Assembly (NCBI GenBank): GCA_043228905.1
Contig: JBHGNT010000003.1
Coordinates: 6,138,001 to 6,202,000 of the forward strand
Length of the DNA: 64,000 nucleotides
Direction of reading: 5' to 3'
From: Azolla caroliniana
Taxonomy: Eukaryota > Plantae > Polypodiophyta
Position numbers and translations under genes: made by a program. Below the pieces are notes generated by a model. That model saw only the letters and a program-made list of their open reading frames with translations. It had not been told where the DNA came from and did no database searches. This document shows, piece by piece, positions 25,501 through 36,343 of this stretch. Every line of letters begins with the position of its first letter. Position 1 is the stretch's first letter.

Positions 25501-27772
25501 ACTTTGGCAATCCTTGTGTGACTTCCTCTACGGGTACGAAACGGATCCAGACCTAGCATGCCATTGTATAATTCACGTCTAACATCAAGTGTATCCAAGG
25601 TAAATTGGTATATTTAGCCACCCACTCTCCTTAGCATATATATCCTTTGTGCATCCATCCTTCACCTCAAAGCATAGATATGCATGATCTAGAACCAAAC
25701 CAATAGGTTTGCCAGAGATTGTGAACTTTGTTATTTCGGGTATAAGAGATGGAGATCCTTCAAGTAATCGATAACGCTTGCACCTCCTTTTTTGTTCCAA
25801 AATGTCAAAGTGTCTGTTATGGGCCATTGTGATAAATCATTATATATCACATATCCATGTGCACTTCCCAAGCCTAGAAAGTGTTTGCCATATTTTGTTA
25901 CTTCACTCATATCTTGAGTTCTTTATTTTAGACCAAATTTTCCCACCATAACTTCTCCATACATACCCTAGCTTGTGTGAAACATAGTTGTTTATTCATC
26001 CTTAGTTCGAGCATTAAGTCTCCCTATAGTAGCAAATCTTATGATATATTCATACAATGGTTGATATGATGATTCTATGAGAGGTGTAGACCTCAAGTAG
26101 GCAGGTGGAAAATAGCAAAATGCAATACATAGTTCTCCAATCTACCCTCCTTTGATTCCTATCCACATGTAATACGCATCTACTTCCTTATGCACAACAA
26201 GCACTCTATCCTGAAGGTCCTGTTTGTACTCCTCCAAAGCCTCTAGTGCTTCTTGGTATCCGTGGTTGGAAGAAGAAAAGGTAGAAAAGAAAGATGCATT
26301 GAATATGGAAAGAAATTCGACGGAAAGATGTATGAAAGCTAAGATCACATAAAATCCACCAAGTATGGAATCGACTCAGAGAGAGAGAGAGATGAAACTA
26401 ATAACAATTGGGTTTTCACATACTCTGGAAGGGATGGATCTTCCACCAAATTAGATGCAGCAGAAGCTGGAATAGGAGCAAAAAGCAACGTGCATATGGC
26501 ATGCCTTCTTGATGATGGTAATGATGATGGTAATGGTGATGGTGATGATGATGATGATGATGGAACCGGAGATAACAGAGTGAGATTAGACTGTGGAGAT
26601 CTGAAATACAAGGAAAAGAAATATTTTTGAGAAATACTTTTATAATTCTCAGCTATTTTCTATTTTGACGATCTTGGGATTGCTGAAGTGCTTAACAAAC
26701 AGTTACTCTGATCAACATCTATTTGATATTTGAACAACGCATCTAGATGCATCAGATTGATAAATACTCCGATGGTATTGGAAAGATTACTAAGTATATT
26801 AAATATTAGTCCATTTAACTCAAGGAGTTCAGGAAAACGAACAAAAAGAAGATCCTGCAACTTTGACAATTACTTATACTCCAACTGCAAATATGACCGA
26901 TGAATTCTTGACAAATGGTGTTCCTAGACCAAATTTGTTTAGAGTGTCGATAGAAAGCAGTTTGCCTCAAAACTTAGAAATCCTTCATATTCCTTTTTTT
27001 CATGTCATTTATCGACAAGGTATTCATTCCATCTTATCATCTATGTAAAGAATAAAGTTTGTTACAACAAGGCAAATTCCTAAATCTCCATTCCATTTTT
27101 CTGTAATTCTTGAAATGCCATTTGAGTTTAGAAATTAAATTACTTAGTTTTTAATAACTTGTCACTTAACCTGTAAATTTGAGAGAAACAGTTTCCCATG
27201 AAAAACTAATAAAGATTATATTTTTGTCGGACCAATTTAACGACTTGAATCCCAGTGCTCTAGCTACTTAGTACTCAGCCTTTACTTGCACATTAATCCA
27301 TGTGTATTTTTCTCTGAGTTACTGGCGATTGGCAGTTGAGAAACTGCTGCAAAATAGAGAGTGGCATTTTCTAAAATAATGAGTATGTGAAAAGAAAAGA
27401 AAAATTCTTTTATTTTCCGAAATAAATGTAGTTTTCATATCTGTATTTACTCGCACGAAGATTTAGAAATCAGCATCACTAATCAGCTGAAGCAGCAATT
27501 AACTTGGTTTGCGTCTAGCCCTAACTTTTCTCAACTGTTTTCTTAACCCCATCGCTACAAAACGTAAATTCCATTCGTCCCCCATCTAGATAACATCGGC
27601 TAACAGTATTATTTAAGACCAGAAAACGAAATGCAAGAAAAACTCTAGAGAACAATGGAAGGAAGGAGTAATACCTTGCGTTGGAAATCCCAGACACGTC
27701 CTGAGGAGATAGGGATGGGGATGTAACAGCGATGGAAGGAGCAGTAAACACGAGAGAGGAGAGGAAAGCCAT
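7550..27772 (-). CDS. FKBP16-1: Chloroplast thylakoid-lumen FKBP-type peptidyl-prolyl isomerase (FKBP16-1-like); exons 27675-27772, 26424-26600, 23392-23426, 12943-13036, 12764-12824, 12643-12688, 11469-11539, 7550-7627
   Basis: Phase-consistent GT-AG splicing gives MAFLSSLVFTAPS.. transit peptide, twin-Arg RRHAICTLLFAPIPASAA lumen signal, then ..IRIQEVLEGSGAMANAGDLVEFNYVCRRSNGYFVYSTVNQFNGESSPVTL..IIAGLQTVIIGMKPGGKRRAVIPPTAGY..QPTEFGPKQSLLSHSKEPLLFEVQLLKIK*, matching the FKBP16-1 subfamily as I recall it. Confidence 0.9.
7790..9050. repeat. Diverged inverted-repeat (foldback-like) region in the last FKBP intron
   Basis: Left arm is GATGAG-rich, right arm is CTCATC-rich. Inner ends are reverse-complementary (TGATGTACAATGC about 8340-8352 vs GCATTGTGCATCA about 8487-8499; AGAAGAGATGACGGGCATAGGTG vs CACCTAGACCGTTCATCTCTTCT). 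A roughly 130 bp tandem duplication lies at 8781-9050. Confidence 0.55.
9075..9274 (+). repeat. Left copy of 200 bp direct duplication
   Basis: Matches 10221-10420 with only two substitutions seen. Confidence 0.95.
9275..10220 (-). mobile_element. Truncated Ty1/Copia element: 5' LTR (9440-10220), PBS, first ~45 codons of gag
   Basis: TG..CA LTR of 781 bp with 3+ copies of a 54 bp repeat (9972-10146). tRNA-iMet PBS TGGTATCAGAGC on minus strand (9426-9437). Gag MDESFGGMFKLTGSNYLVWKSKMRDML..DKRPDK breaks at 9275. Confidence 0.9.
10221..10800 (+). pseudogene. Degraded Ty3/Gypsy gag relic (Tcn1/Tf2-like), including right copy of the 200 bp duplication
   Basis: Translation SIDVYASKFS*LSCTINWEEEALVNQFE*GLCDNVKDML, then a decayed Zn-knuckle ..CEKLRHIARTCPKK. 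Confidence 0.65.
13292..22262 (+). mobile_element. Outer Ty1/Copia retrotransposon in FKBP intron 3; LTRs 13292-13724 and 21825-22262; degraded gag-pol about 18541-21552
   Basis: Two similar TG..CA LTRs, PBS stub TGGTATC at 13725, PPT before 21825, flanks share TAGC. Gag MNAQMGSALPTEKLDKHNYASW, Zn-knuckle CWYCGKPGHFEAEC, protease DSGASNHM, RT LYVDD, RNase H DANWAG/EAEY. Stops, frameshifts and internal deletions present. Confidence 0.95.
13736..18477 (+). mobile_element. Inner (nested) Ty1/Copia element; 5' LTR remnant 13736-13831, PBS 13835-13846, gag-pol 13923-18087 (disrupted), 3' LTR 18173-18477
   Basis: Gag, protease DSGASFHVT, integrase HSDVC..DNGGEY..PPQNGVTE, RT LYVDD, RNase H. Several stops and a 31 bp duplication at 15635-15696. 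PPT AGGTGGGAGG. The 3' LTR has an 86 bp internal duplication. Confidence 0.95.
22394..23190 (-). mobile_element. Two adjacent old LTR relics (about 22394-22820 and 22911-23190), distantly related to the chromovirus LTR at 54013
   Basis: Both begin GATTAAGGGTGCTTA and align over about 250 bp. Minus strand has TATA-like CTATATAAAGGG, GGTATGGGA and GGGGGTGGTTGG motifs also seen in the LTRs at 29317 and 54013. Confidence 0.55.
24060..26100 (-). mobile_element. Degraded non-LTR retrotransposon (RTEX/L2/CR1-type LINE) in FKBP intron 2
   Basis: APE GDxNAR-like motif near 26010, RT NTIGVKQGCSLSP..ILLYVD (24867-25136), C-terminal SHQLEIEVGRYAHIPREERICQLC..DEH (24100-24240). A ~72 bp tandem duplication lies at 24476-24622. 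Confidence 0.8.
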
Positions 27773-28273
27773 GGCGATGGGAATAAGGGTTTTGCTGGAA
27801 CAAACCAGAGACCAAAAGAAAGAAAGACAGAAGGAGAGAGATAGAAATGTAAAAAGAGTAACAATAGATAGTTGAGGAAATCGTGTTTCGAACCCAGGAC
27901 CTCAAAATAATGGACTAGTTCCTTACCACTAAGTAAAGAACTAGACCATTGCTAAGATCAGAAAACGAAATGCAAGAAAAACTCTACAGAACAATGGAAG
28001 GAAGGAGTAATACCTTGCGTTGGAAATCCCAGACACGTCCTGAGGAGATAGGGATGGGGATGTAACAGCGATGGAAGGAGCAGTAAACACGAGAGAGGAG
28101 AAGAAAAAGCCATGGCGATGGGAATAAGGGTTTTGCTGGAACAAACCAGAGACCGAAAGAAAGAAAGATAGAAGGAGAGATAGAAATGTAAAAAGAGTAA
28201 CAATAGATAGTTGAGGAAATCGTGTTTCGAACCCAGGACCTCAAAGTAATAAGCTAGTTCCTTACCACTAAGT
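27614..28273 (-). repeat. Tandem duplication (~321 bp; 27614-27934 and 27953-28273) of FKBP promoter, 5'UTR and exon 1
   Basis: The two copies are highly similar. The distal exon-1 copy (28014-28113) is 100 nt versus 98 nt, so it is frameshifted relative to exon 2. Confidence 0.92.
27882..27934 (-). ncRNA. tRNA-derived / SINE-head-like Pol III sequence (proximal copy)
   Basis: Minus strand ACTTAGTGGTAAGG (A-box/D-loop-like) .. GAGGTCCTGGGTTCGAAAC (variable loop plus B-box). No complete cloverleaf. Confidence 0.55.
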
Positions 28274-28275
28274 TA
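28221..28275 (-). ncRNA. tRNA-derived / SINE-head-like Pol III sequence (distal copy)
   Basis: TAACTTAGTGGTAAGG .. GAGGTCCTGGGTTCGAAAC on minus strand. Confidence 0.55.
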
Positions 28276-29316
28276 ATTTGATTAAATCATTAAAATTATG
28301 GATTTTATTCATTAAATCTAAGTTATAGCAAGAGACAATGTTCCGAACGGCTAACTGCCAATAAATAGTTTATTAGCATTGGTAGTTAAGTGATGTACAG
28401 CTATAGAAGCTAGTTAGCTATATATATATAATCGTAAAAATCGACAAATTGCATACACATGTGCATGTCAAAGTTCCGCCTGTTGCCCGATTCATGTTTT
28501 TTGTCTAGGTGGTTGCCTCTTTCGCTGTATTGTGGCTACTTAATTTGATCCCTGCACAAGGATGCATCTCATGTGTCTTCCGAATGTGTCTAGTAATTGG
28601 CACAATGGGCACAAAATTGAACTGAGTCCAAGTTCTTACTAAGACGAATAGTATACCACCCAAAAAAAGTAAAATGGGCACAAAATTGAACACAATGTAA
28701 GGTTTTTTGCTATGTTTAATTTGACAACCTTTCGAGCAAAGTTCTTTACTGAGACGATAATATACCACCCAAAAAAATATAAAAAGCTCTTAATAAATTC
28801 AACTCGCACGAATATTGATTGAACCATTTATAAGATTGCTTAAAATAGAATAACATGCAAACCTAGAAATTATGTTTGCTTCCATGGAAATGTAACAATT
28901 ATTTCCTTTGTGTGGGTTTGCACAAGTAAAACAATAATTGTAACTAGTGAAAGAAGTATTAACTTCAACGCTTTGTACTATTTACATATTCATTTTCTCT
29001 CGTAAGAATTCCTAAATATCAAGCAAGGTAAACACATAAAAAAACACTCCACACTTAGATTTTCTTTTAAAAACATGGTTAAACAAACTTTAACAAGCAC
29101 ACAACCATGTGAATTCTAGCCCTCTTTATCGTTTTGTTAGCCATATTTATTTAGCTTATGGCTCAATGGACCATATTGACCAATTGGTCAACTTATCAAA
29201 TAGGTTAGATCGAGAGAGTTGGCAAACGAATAAATTGTTCGATCATTTTTGGTCATCAATTATGTATTCCTCCACAAAAGTTGAAGAGAATTACTCAAAG
29301 TTATGAACATTATGAT

Positions 29317-29777
29317 TGTGGTGTCCCTAGGTATTAGAGACATGAACTAATGTAAGCATAAAATAAGGATAAAAGATAGATCTAGATAGAAATGAGAGAG
29401 AAAAAGAAGGGTGTTGATCCACCCGACCACCCCCGAGCGAAGGGATCAAGACGGACTTGAGCCTCGATCGGCATCCCATACCGTTGTCGTGGCGTCGAGT
29501 CGTACTTGGTGCTGGTGCACTCGCTACAAGAGTTGACCCACCACGAAACAGAGTCTCGACGTAGTCCAAAGATGATCAAATGAGGGTAGCTAGGCCTCTT
29601 ATTTATAACGATACCCAAGGCCCCCAAGTAAGTTCACACTTTATGAACAAATCATCACATAAACCAACAAACCACAAAAAAGTCATCGTGGCTTGGTCAT
29701 TCCTAACAATCTAACATAAGACCAACATGTCGCACAAGGCACCAGACAAATGACAAACATTTGCTACTAACATTACA
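29317..29777 (-). mobile_element. Solo LTR, chromovirus-related
   Basis: TG..CA ends, near-TSD ATGAT/ATGTT. Minus strand shares TATAAATA.GAGGC.TAGCTACCCTCAT and GCTCGGGGGTGGTCGGGTGG with the LTR at 54013. Confidence 0.8.
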
Positions 29778-30055
29778 ATGTTCCTAGAGGTGAATATGTA
29801 TAAGAGCTTAGCATAATTGATAAAAGCAGTTTGTGGCTTAATTATGTTTGTCTCGATTAGAAGGAAACTCTACAATGGGTGTATAAATGTCTCTATATTT
29901 GTTTGTATACAATTATGATTGTATCTAGGTATTGATCATCAACAAGTCCTCTTTATGTATGAAGAATGAATGCATTCCGGTCTTGTATCAATATCGAAAC
30001 TCAGTACCAAATGAGTTATTGCTGTGTACTCAACAAATGCTTTCCGGCCTTAACA

Positions 30056-30180
30056 AAGCATTGTGTTAATCCATCTCTAAGCATTGTATTAATCCATCAT
30101 TGTGTTAATCCATCTCTAAACATTGTATTAATCCATCTCTAAGCATTGTATTAATCAATCATTGTGTTAATCCATCTCTG
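30056..30180. repeat. Minisatellite of (AAG)CATTGT(G/A)TTAATCCATC(TCT) units, about 18-23 bp, 6 copies
   Basis: Direct inspection; ends at the Copia insertion site. Confidence 0.85.
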
Positions 30181-30356
30181 TGTCGAATACATGTGTATAA
30201 TGGACGTATTCACACTATCCCGTTTTGGCCATTTATGTAATTAGCATAAAGGGTAGTTGCCCTAAGTCGGTCACTATATATAGTGACCTTGTAACCTTTT
30301 TGTAAGGTTGGTTGTTGTATTATTGTTTCTTTGAGAAATAAAGAAAGTCTTTTGTG

Positions 30357-30398
<42 letters not shown>

Positions 30399-33300
30399 CA
30401 ACGACATAGAAACTGTCATACGCAGGGAATAAACAGGAATCGAGTGCTTCTTGATCTTCTGCATTGACGACCTCGTCTCCAACATCTGGTATCAGAGCCT
30501 GCACAGTAGTCGGTTCTTCAATCCGCTGTCGGCCGTCGTCTCAGCATTCGGTTTCCTGCGTCATTCGAAGAAAGAGAGAAGAAGAACAAAAACGAGGTTT
30601 GCACCTCATCGCGTTAGATCCTCTTGCTTGGAGTAAGCCATCAGGTTGTACTCTGTTTCTTGTGATCGTAACCGCTCGAGGTGAAATCCCCTTGTGTATC
30701 ATTGACACGATCGTGCTCCATTCGGTTAAACGGCATCCGAAGTAGTCAACAATCGCTGCTCGCCGCTCGTTGTAACCACTCGGTGCAGATCGGTCTCAAG
30801 ACAACAACCCAAATTCGTGCTTCATCTGGCTGATCGACATTCGGGAGGATCAGTTGGATCCGTCTCTCTCGTTGCTGCAGTCAACCGAAGCAGAATCGGT
30901 CCAGATAATCGGTTTCAATAATCGGTATTCGGCATATATATCCGAAGCGAACCGGGCTCACTCCGACTCGGCAACATTCGGGAAGACCAGTCGGTTCTGT
31001 CCCTCAAGCTACCGGAGTCAATTCGAGCAAGTTCCGAAGCCGAACCGACTCGGGTTCAAATCCGACTAGAACGATATCGGGTGAGCCAACCGGCTGCACT
31101 CCAACAAGGTTCGTAGTCAACTCCGAACCGAGCTTCGTCAACCGAAACCAAATTTGATGGCATCAACATCCGGCTCGTCAGAAATGAGTCTACGAAAGTT
31201 CGATGGATCGAACTTCAACTTCTGGAAGGAACAAATGCAGGACTATCTCATAGTCAAGGGGCAAATCGATCCCATCGAAAATGAAGAACCTCCAGAAGGA
31301 TACAAACCAATTGAGTGGCAGAAGCTGGACAGAATCGTCCGCGCCACGATTCGGATGCACCTATCGGAATCGGTATACTTTACGGTGCAATCGTGTACGA
31401 CAGCATTCGAACTGTGGAAAACGCTGTCGGACACTTACGAAAAGAAGGTCGCCGCAACAAAGATGTTTCTGATCCGGCGCCTCTACAACTTGCGGATGAA
31501 AGAATCCGATTCGGTTCAAGCACACCTCAATGAGTACGAAAGCATAAGCTCCCAAATCTCGTCACAGGGGACGGCAATCGAGGATGAACTCAGAGCAATG
31601 ATACTCATGAGTAGCCTTCCCTCATCATGGGAAACTTTCGTCACAACCGTGTGCAACGCGTCAACCACGGCTGTTAAATACTCCGAAGTCACGAGCGCGA
31701 TCCTGACCGAAGCAGCTCGGAGAAAGTCTTTCGCCAAAGACTCAACAGACGACGCTTATGTAGTACAAGGTTCGACAGACCGATCGAACATACGAGGAAG
31801 AGATTCCTCACGACCGCCGAACAATCAGCGAAGACGGAGCCAGTCACGGGATAACCGAATCTGCAACTATTGCAAGAAACCCGGACACATCAAAGCCGAC
31901 TGCCGCGCACTCAAGAACAAGAACGACAAGTCTCAGAGATCCGACAAGAAGAGTGGCCGGCATGAGGAGATCAATTACGTCAGCTTCTCAGCTGATGTAC
32001 TACCGGACGACCCGAATATACTATCAATCGAAAATCCAGTCGGATCAGAAGTTCTACTCACGACTGAAGAGTCGAGCACATGGCTCTTAGATTCGGGCGC
32101 GTCATTTCACGTGACTCCTCATCGATCCCAATTTCGGCAATATACGATTCGTCACTCCGACTCAGTTCGAGTCGGTAACTCGCAACACTGTGACATCATC
32201 GGAATCGGCACAGTAGAGCTCAACCTTGCAGGTGGCTCTACACTTGTACTCCACAATGTCCGACATGTACCCGAGCTCTCAAGGCCATTGATCTCAGTCG
32301 GACAACTAGATGAAGACGGCATTCGTGCCGGTTTTTCTTCGGGAGGGTGGACACTCCACAGGGGGAACCTCCTGCTTGCTAGAGGACCCAAGATACACTC
32401 ACTGTATCCGTTACATGTTACGCTCAGAGAGGGTAACCTGTTTTTGGTGGATATTCCTGTGTCATCACTATGGCACCGAAGATTAGGACACCTCAGCAAG
32501 GCCGGCATCACGCACCTATCTAGAGCCGGATACATCCCCAAACTCTCCTTCTCCGACCATCAATTCTGCGAGCATTGCCAGTATGGCAAACAAGCAGCCG
32601 CGTCACACCCGACATCAGCACCAAGAGAAACGAGACCTCTTGATTTAGTCCATTCGGACGTCTGTGGCCCAATGCCGCATCAGTCTCTAGGCGGTGCCTC
32701 CTACTTCGTCAGTTTTATTGACGATTCGACTCGAAAGGTGTGGGCTTATCCAATTCGCACCAAAGATCGGGTCTTCTCGATCTTCACCGATTGGCTCGCT
32801 ATGGTAGAAAATCAAACCGACCGAAAGCTGAAATGCCTTCGGACAGACAATGGGGGAGAGTTCAAATCCGAAGAATTCGTCAAATTCTGCCGACAACGCG
32901 GCATTCGACGTGAATTTACGGCACCACACAGTCCGGAGCAAAACGGGATTGCCGAACGCATGAATCGGACAATCCAAGAACGGATAGTTTCCATGCTCCA
33001 ACACTCCGGACTGTCGGATGGCTTCTGGGCAGAGGCTCTACTCACGGCAGTACACATAATCAATATGTCGCCAAGTAGACCTCTAGGACTTCAAATTCCT
33101 CAGGAACTATGGATCGGCAGTAAGCCGAATTACGACAAGCTGAGGATCTTCGGATGCGAGGCGTACGCCCTTATTCCGAAAGATGATCGCTGAAAACTTG
33201 CACCTCGGTCCAGGAAATGCATTTTCCTTGGATATGGATCCGACGGCGAAATGGGATACCGACTCTGGGATCCTGAACGCAGGCAAATCGTCCGAAGTTC

Positions 33301-35557
33301 GGACGTTGTGTTCAACGAGTCGGCTATGAATCCATCAGTCGAAAAACCGATCGAAGTCCGAAGGGTAACATTTTCCGATGTGCCGACCCTTCAAGAAGGC
33401 CCCGCTCTCAACACACGGTCAGCTTCACGGGTAGCTGAACCTTACACTACCGACTCGGACAACTCCGACTCGGCACAGCAGAACAATCCGCTTTCGGACC
33501 ATCCGACCTCGATACCCGATGCGACCAGTCCGATCATACCTCGACGATCCGAGAGACTGTCGCAACCTCCGGAGAGGTATTCTCCTGGAATTTTCTTCAC
33601 CGACGCCGGCGAACCGACGTCTTACGAAGAAGCATCGACATCTGTCGATTCCGCCACCTGGCATCTGGCGATGGAGTCGGAAATGCACTCCATTCGAGCA
33701 AACAAGACTTGGGATCTGGTCGAATTACCTAGGAACCGACGTGCTCTTCCTTGCAAGTGGGTTTATCGACTAAAAGAGACGTCTGATTCGACCACCCCAA
33801 AGTACAAGGCCAGATTAGTTGCGAAGGGCTTCCGACAAGAATATGGCGTCGACTTCGACGAGATTTTTTCACCAGTGGTGAAAATGACAACCCTTCGTTT
33901 TCTGCTCGGCGTCGTGGCAGCCGACAACTTGGAGCTGATTCAGCTAGATGTCAAAACAGCCTTCCTCCATGGTGATCTCGAGGAGGAAATTTATATGGAG
34001 CAGCCAAAAGGCTTCGTGGCAACTGGCCAAGAACATCTAGTCTGCCGACTCAGGAAGAGTCTATACGGCCTCAAACAGGCACCGCGACAATGGTACAAGA
34101 AGTTCGACGACTTCATCCAATCGATCGGCTTCTCCAAAAGCGATGAGGACCATTGTCTCTTCACCAACACAGCTCAAGATGGATCACCCATCTTCCTCAT
34201 CATTTACGTGGACGACATGCTAATTTCTGGACGCCACGCGGGCGAACTTGCCGATCTCGTTCGGCAACTGCGGTTGAAGTTTGCCATGAAGGACCTCGGT
34301 CCGGCACGACACATCCTTGGCATGAAAATTAGTCGGCATCGCGATAAACGACATCTCTTTTTGTCTCAGACCGACTATATCGGACGTGTCTTGGAACGCT
34401 TCAACATGCAATCTGCCAAATCTGCCTCAACCCCGCTCCCAATGAATCTTCGGCTCTCTCAGCGAGACTGCCCGACATCCGGCCCGGAGGGGGAAGATAT
34501 GAAGTCGGTACCGTATGCACCGGCAGTCGGCTCCCTTATGTACCTGATGGTCGCGACACGGCCTGATATTTCTCATGCCGTAGGAGTCGTTAGCAGATTT
34601 ATGCACAATCCTGGCCGATCGCATTGGAACGCAGTTAAGCATGTGTTCAGATATCTGGCTGGCACAAAAGACCATGGCATTCTTTTCGGTCCGAACCGAA
34701 CCTCAGGCGTAGTCGGTTACACCGACTCGGATTTCGCCGGCTGTATAGACAGTCGGAAATCAACAACCGGATACTGCTTCAAATTCGGCAATGGAGCAAT
34801 CTCGTGGAAGTCGAAACTTCAGGAGTGCACAGCGACCTCAACGACCGAAGCAGAATATGTAGCTGCGTCCGACGCAGCAAAAGAAGCTTTGTGGCTCGGT
34901 CGGTTGGCGCACACGTTTCGACAAGTCGACCATGACTCAGCTCCAGTTGTCTACAGCGACAGTCAAGGTGTTGTTGCCTTGTCGAAAAATCCGGTTCACC
35001 ACAACGCCTCCAAACATATCGACGTTCGATATCACTTCGTTCGGGACTGCGTCATTTCAGGGAAAATCGGTCTAGAGAAAATATCCACAACCGACAATGT
35101 CGCAGATGGAATGACCAAGTGTCTTTCGGCAGACCGTTTTCGGTCTCTTCGGCATCAGATGGGCGTAACGACAAACCAGTCCGGTTAGAGCCGGACACAG
35201 AGCAGGATGGTTCCCGACAACCGACATCAGTTCCTTAATGATCGGCTTCAACTGTTCCGACCCGACCAGTTCGGTCTTCTGCCTTCGGACCCTGCCGACT
35301 CGAACGAAGCTGATATGTCCGAGAACCCAAGTCTATACCTGTAATCTTAGATAACCCATGTATACGCCCATTACGGGGGAGTGTCGAATACATGTGTATA
35401 ATGGACGTATTCACACTATCCCGTTTTGGCCATTTATGTAATTAGCATAAAGGGTAGTTGCCCTAAGTCGGTCACTATATATAGTGACCTTGTAACCTTT
35501 TTGTAAGGTTGGTTGTTGTATTATTGTTTCTTTGAGAAATAAAGAAAGTCTTTTGTG

Positions 35558-35592
<35 letters not shown>

Positions 35593-35677
35593 AACGACAT
35601 AGAAACTGTCATACGCAGGGAATAAACAGGAATCGAGTGCTTCTTGATCTTCCGCATTGACGACCTCGTCTCCAACA
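30181..35677 (+). mobile_element. Young full-length Ty1/Copia retrotransposon; LTRs 30181-30484 and 35382-35677
   Basis: Perfect TSD CTCTG, PBS TGGTATCAGAGC 30487-30498, PPT ACGGGGGAG. LTRs differ only by microsatellite length and one C/T. Confidence 0.98.
31157..35188 (+). pseudogene. Copia gag-pol (Gag, Zn-knuckle, protease, integrase, RT, RNase H) interrupted by one in-frame TGA at 33191-33193
   Basis: ORFs 31154-33193 and 33251-35188 are in the same frame; read-through gives IPKDDR*KLAPRSRKCIFLGY. Confidence 0.95.
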
Positions 35678-36111
35678 CTCTGACCTAAACACTTAGGTGA
35701 TTTGTGTGATGCATGCATCTCAATGGTGCGTGTTAATTAATTGAGAAAGTAATCTATAATGTTCTACCTAATTCATTGTAAAATCAGTCTTGTATAATTC
35801 CATATGCATCTCATGTATGTATACACATCCGACATTTCTTTAGGGCTTTTCAGAGGCACCCACATCAGAAAACAGGTTATCATATGTCTTGATCCATCAA
35901 ATCTATACATTAGGTGATTCTGTGGTGCATCCGCGATGTGTGTTTATTAAGAAAATTATCACACATGTTCTGATTCATCATTAATCACTCTTGTAAATTC
36001 CATATCCATCTCATTAGGAAGCCATTCTGCATAGAGGAAGAGTGATACAAGAAAAGATTATTCTGATCAACACTTCGCTTTGTGACTGGTCCATCATTTC
36101 CAATTCAGCTA

Positions 36112-36342
36112 TGGCGGTATCTGCTTCATTTCTAGGCCTTCTTCCTCCTCGTTGGGTGCTCACTTCGTCATTATCTTCTTCTTCATTGTCATCATCACCA
36201 TCATCATCTTTTTTCTGTGTCTAAAGGAGGTTTTCCATCCCCTTTCACAAAGAGGTACTTTGAAAAGCCTCTTTATGTAACAGTGGAAGGCTTCAACATT
36301 CTATTCCTGGTGTAATCCATCCTTCATTGTCTTCTGGAACAG
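36112..36342 (+). pseudogene. Orphan first-exon-like fragment encoding a transit-peptide-like sequence
   Basis: MAVSASFLGLLPPRWVLTSSLSSSSLSSSPSSSFFCV* followed by a donor-like CAG|GTAAAC at 36343. In-frame stops; no downstream exons recognised. Confidence 0.4.
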
Positions 36343-36343
36343 G

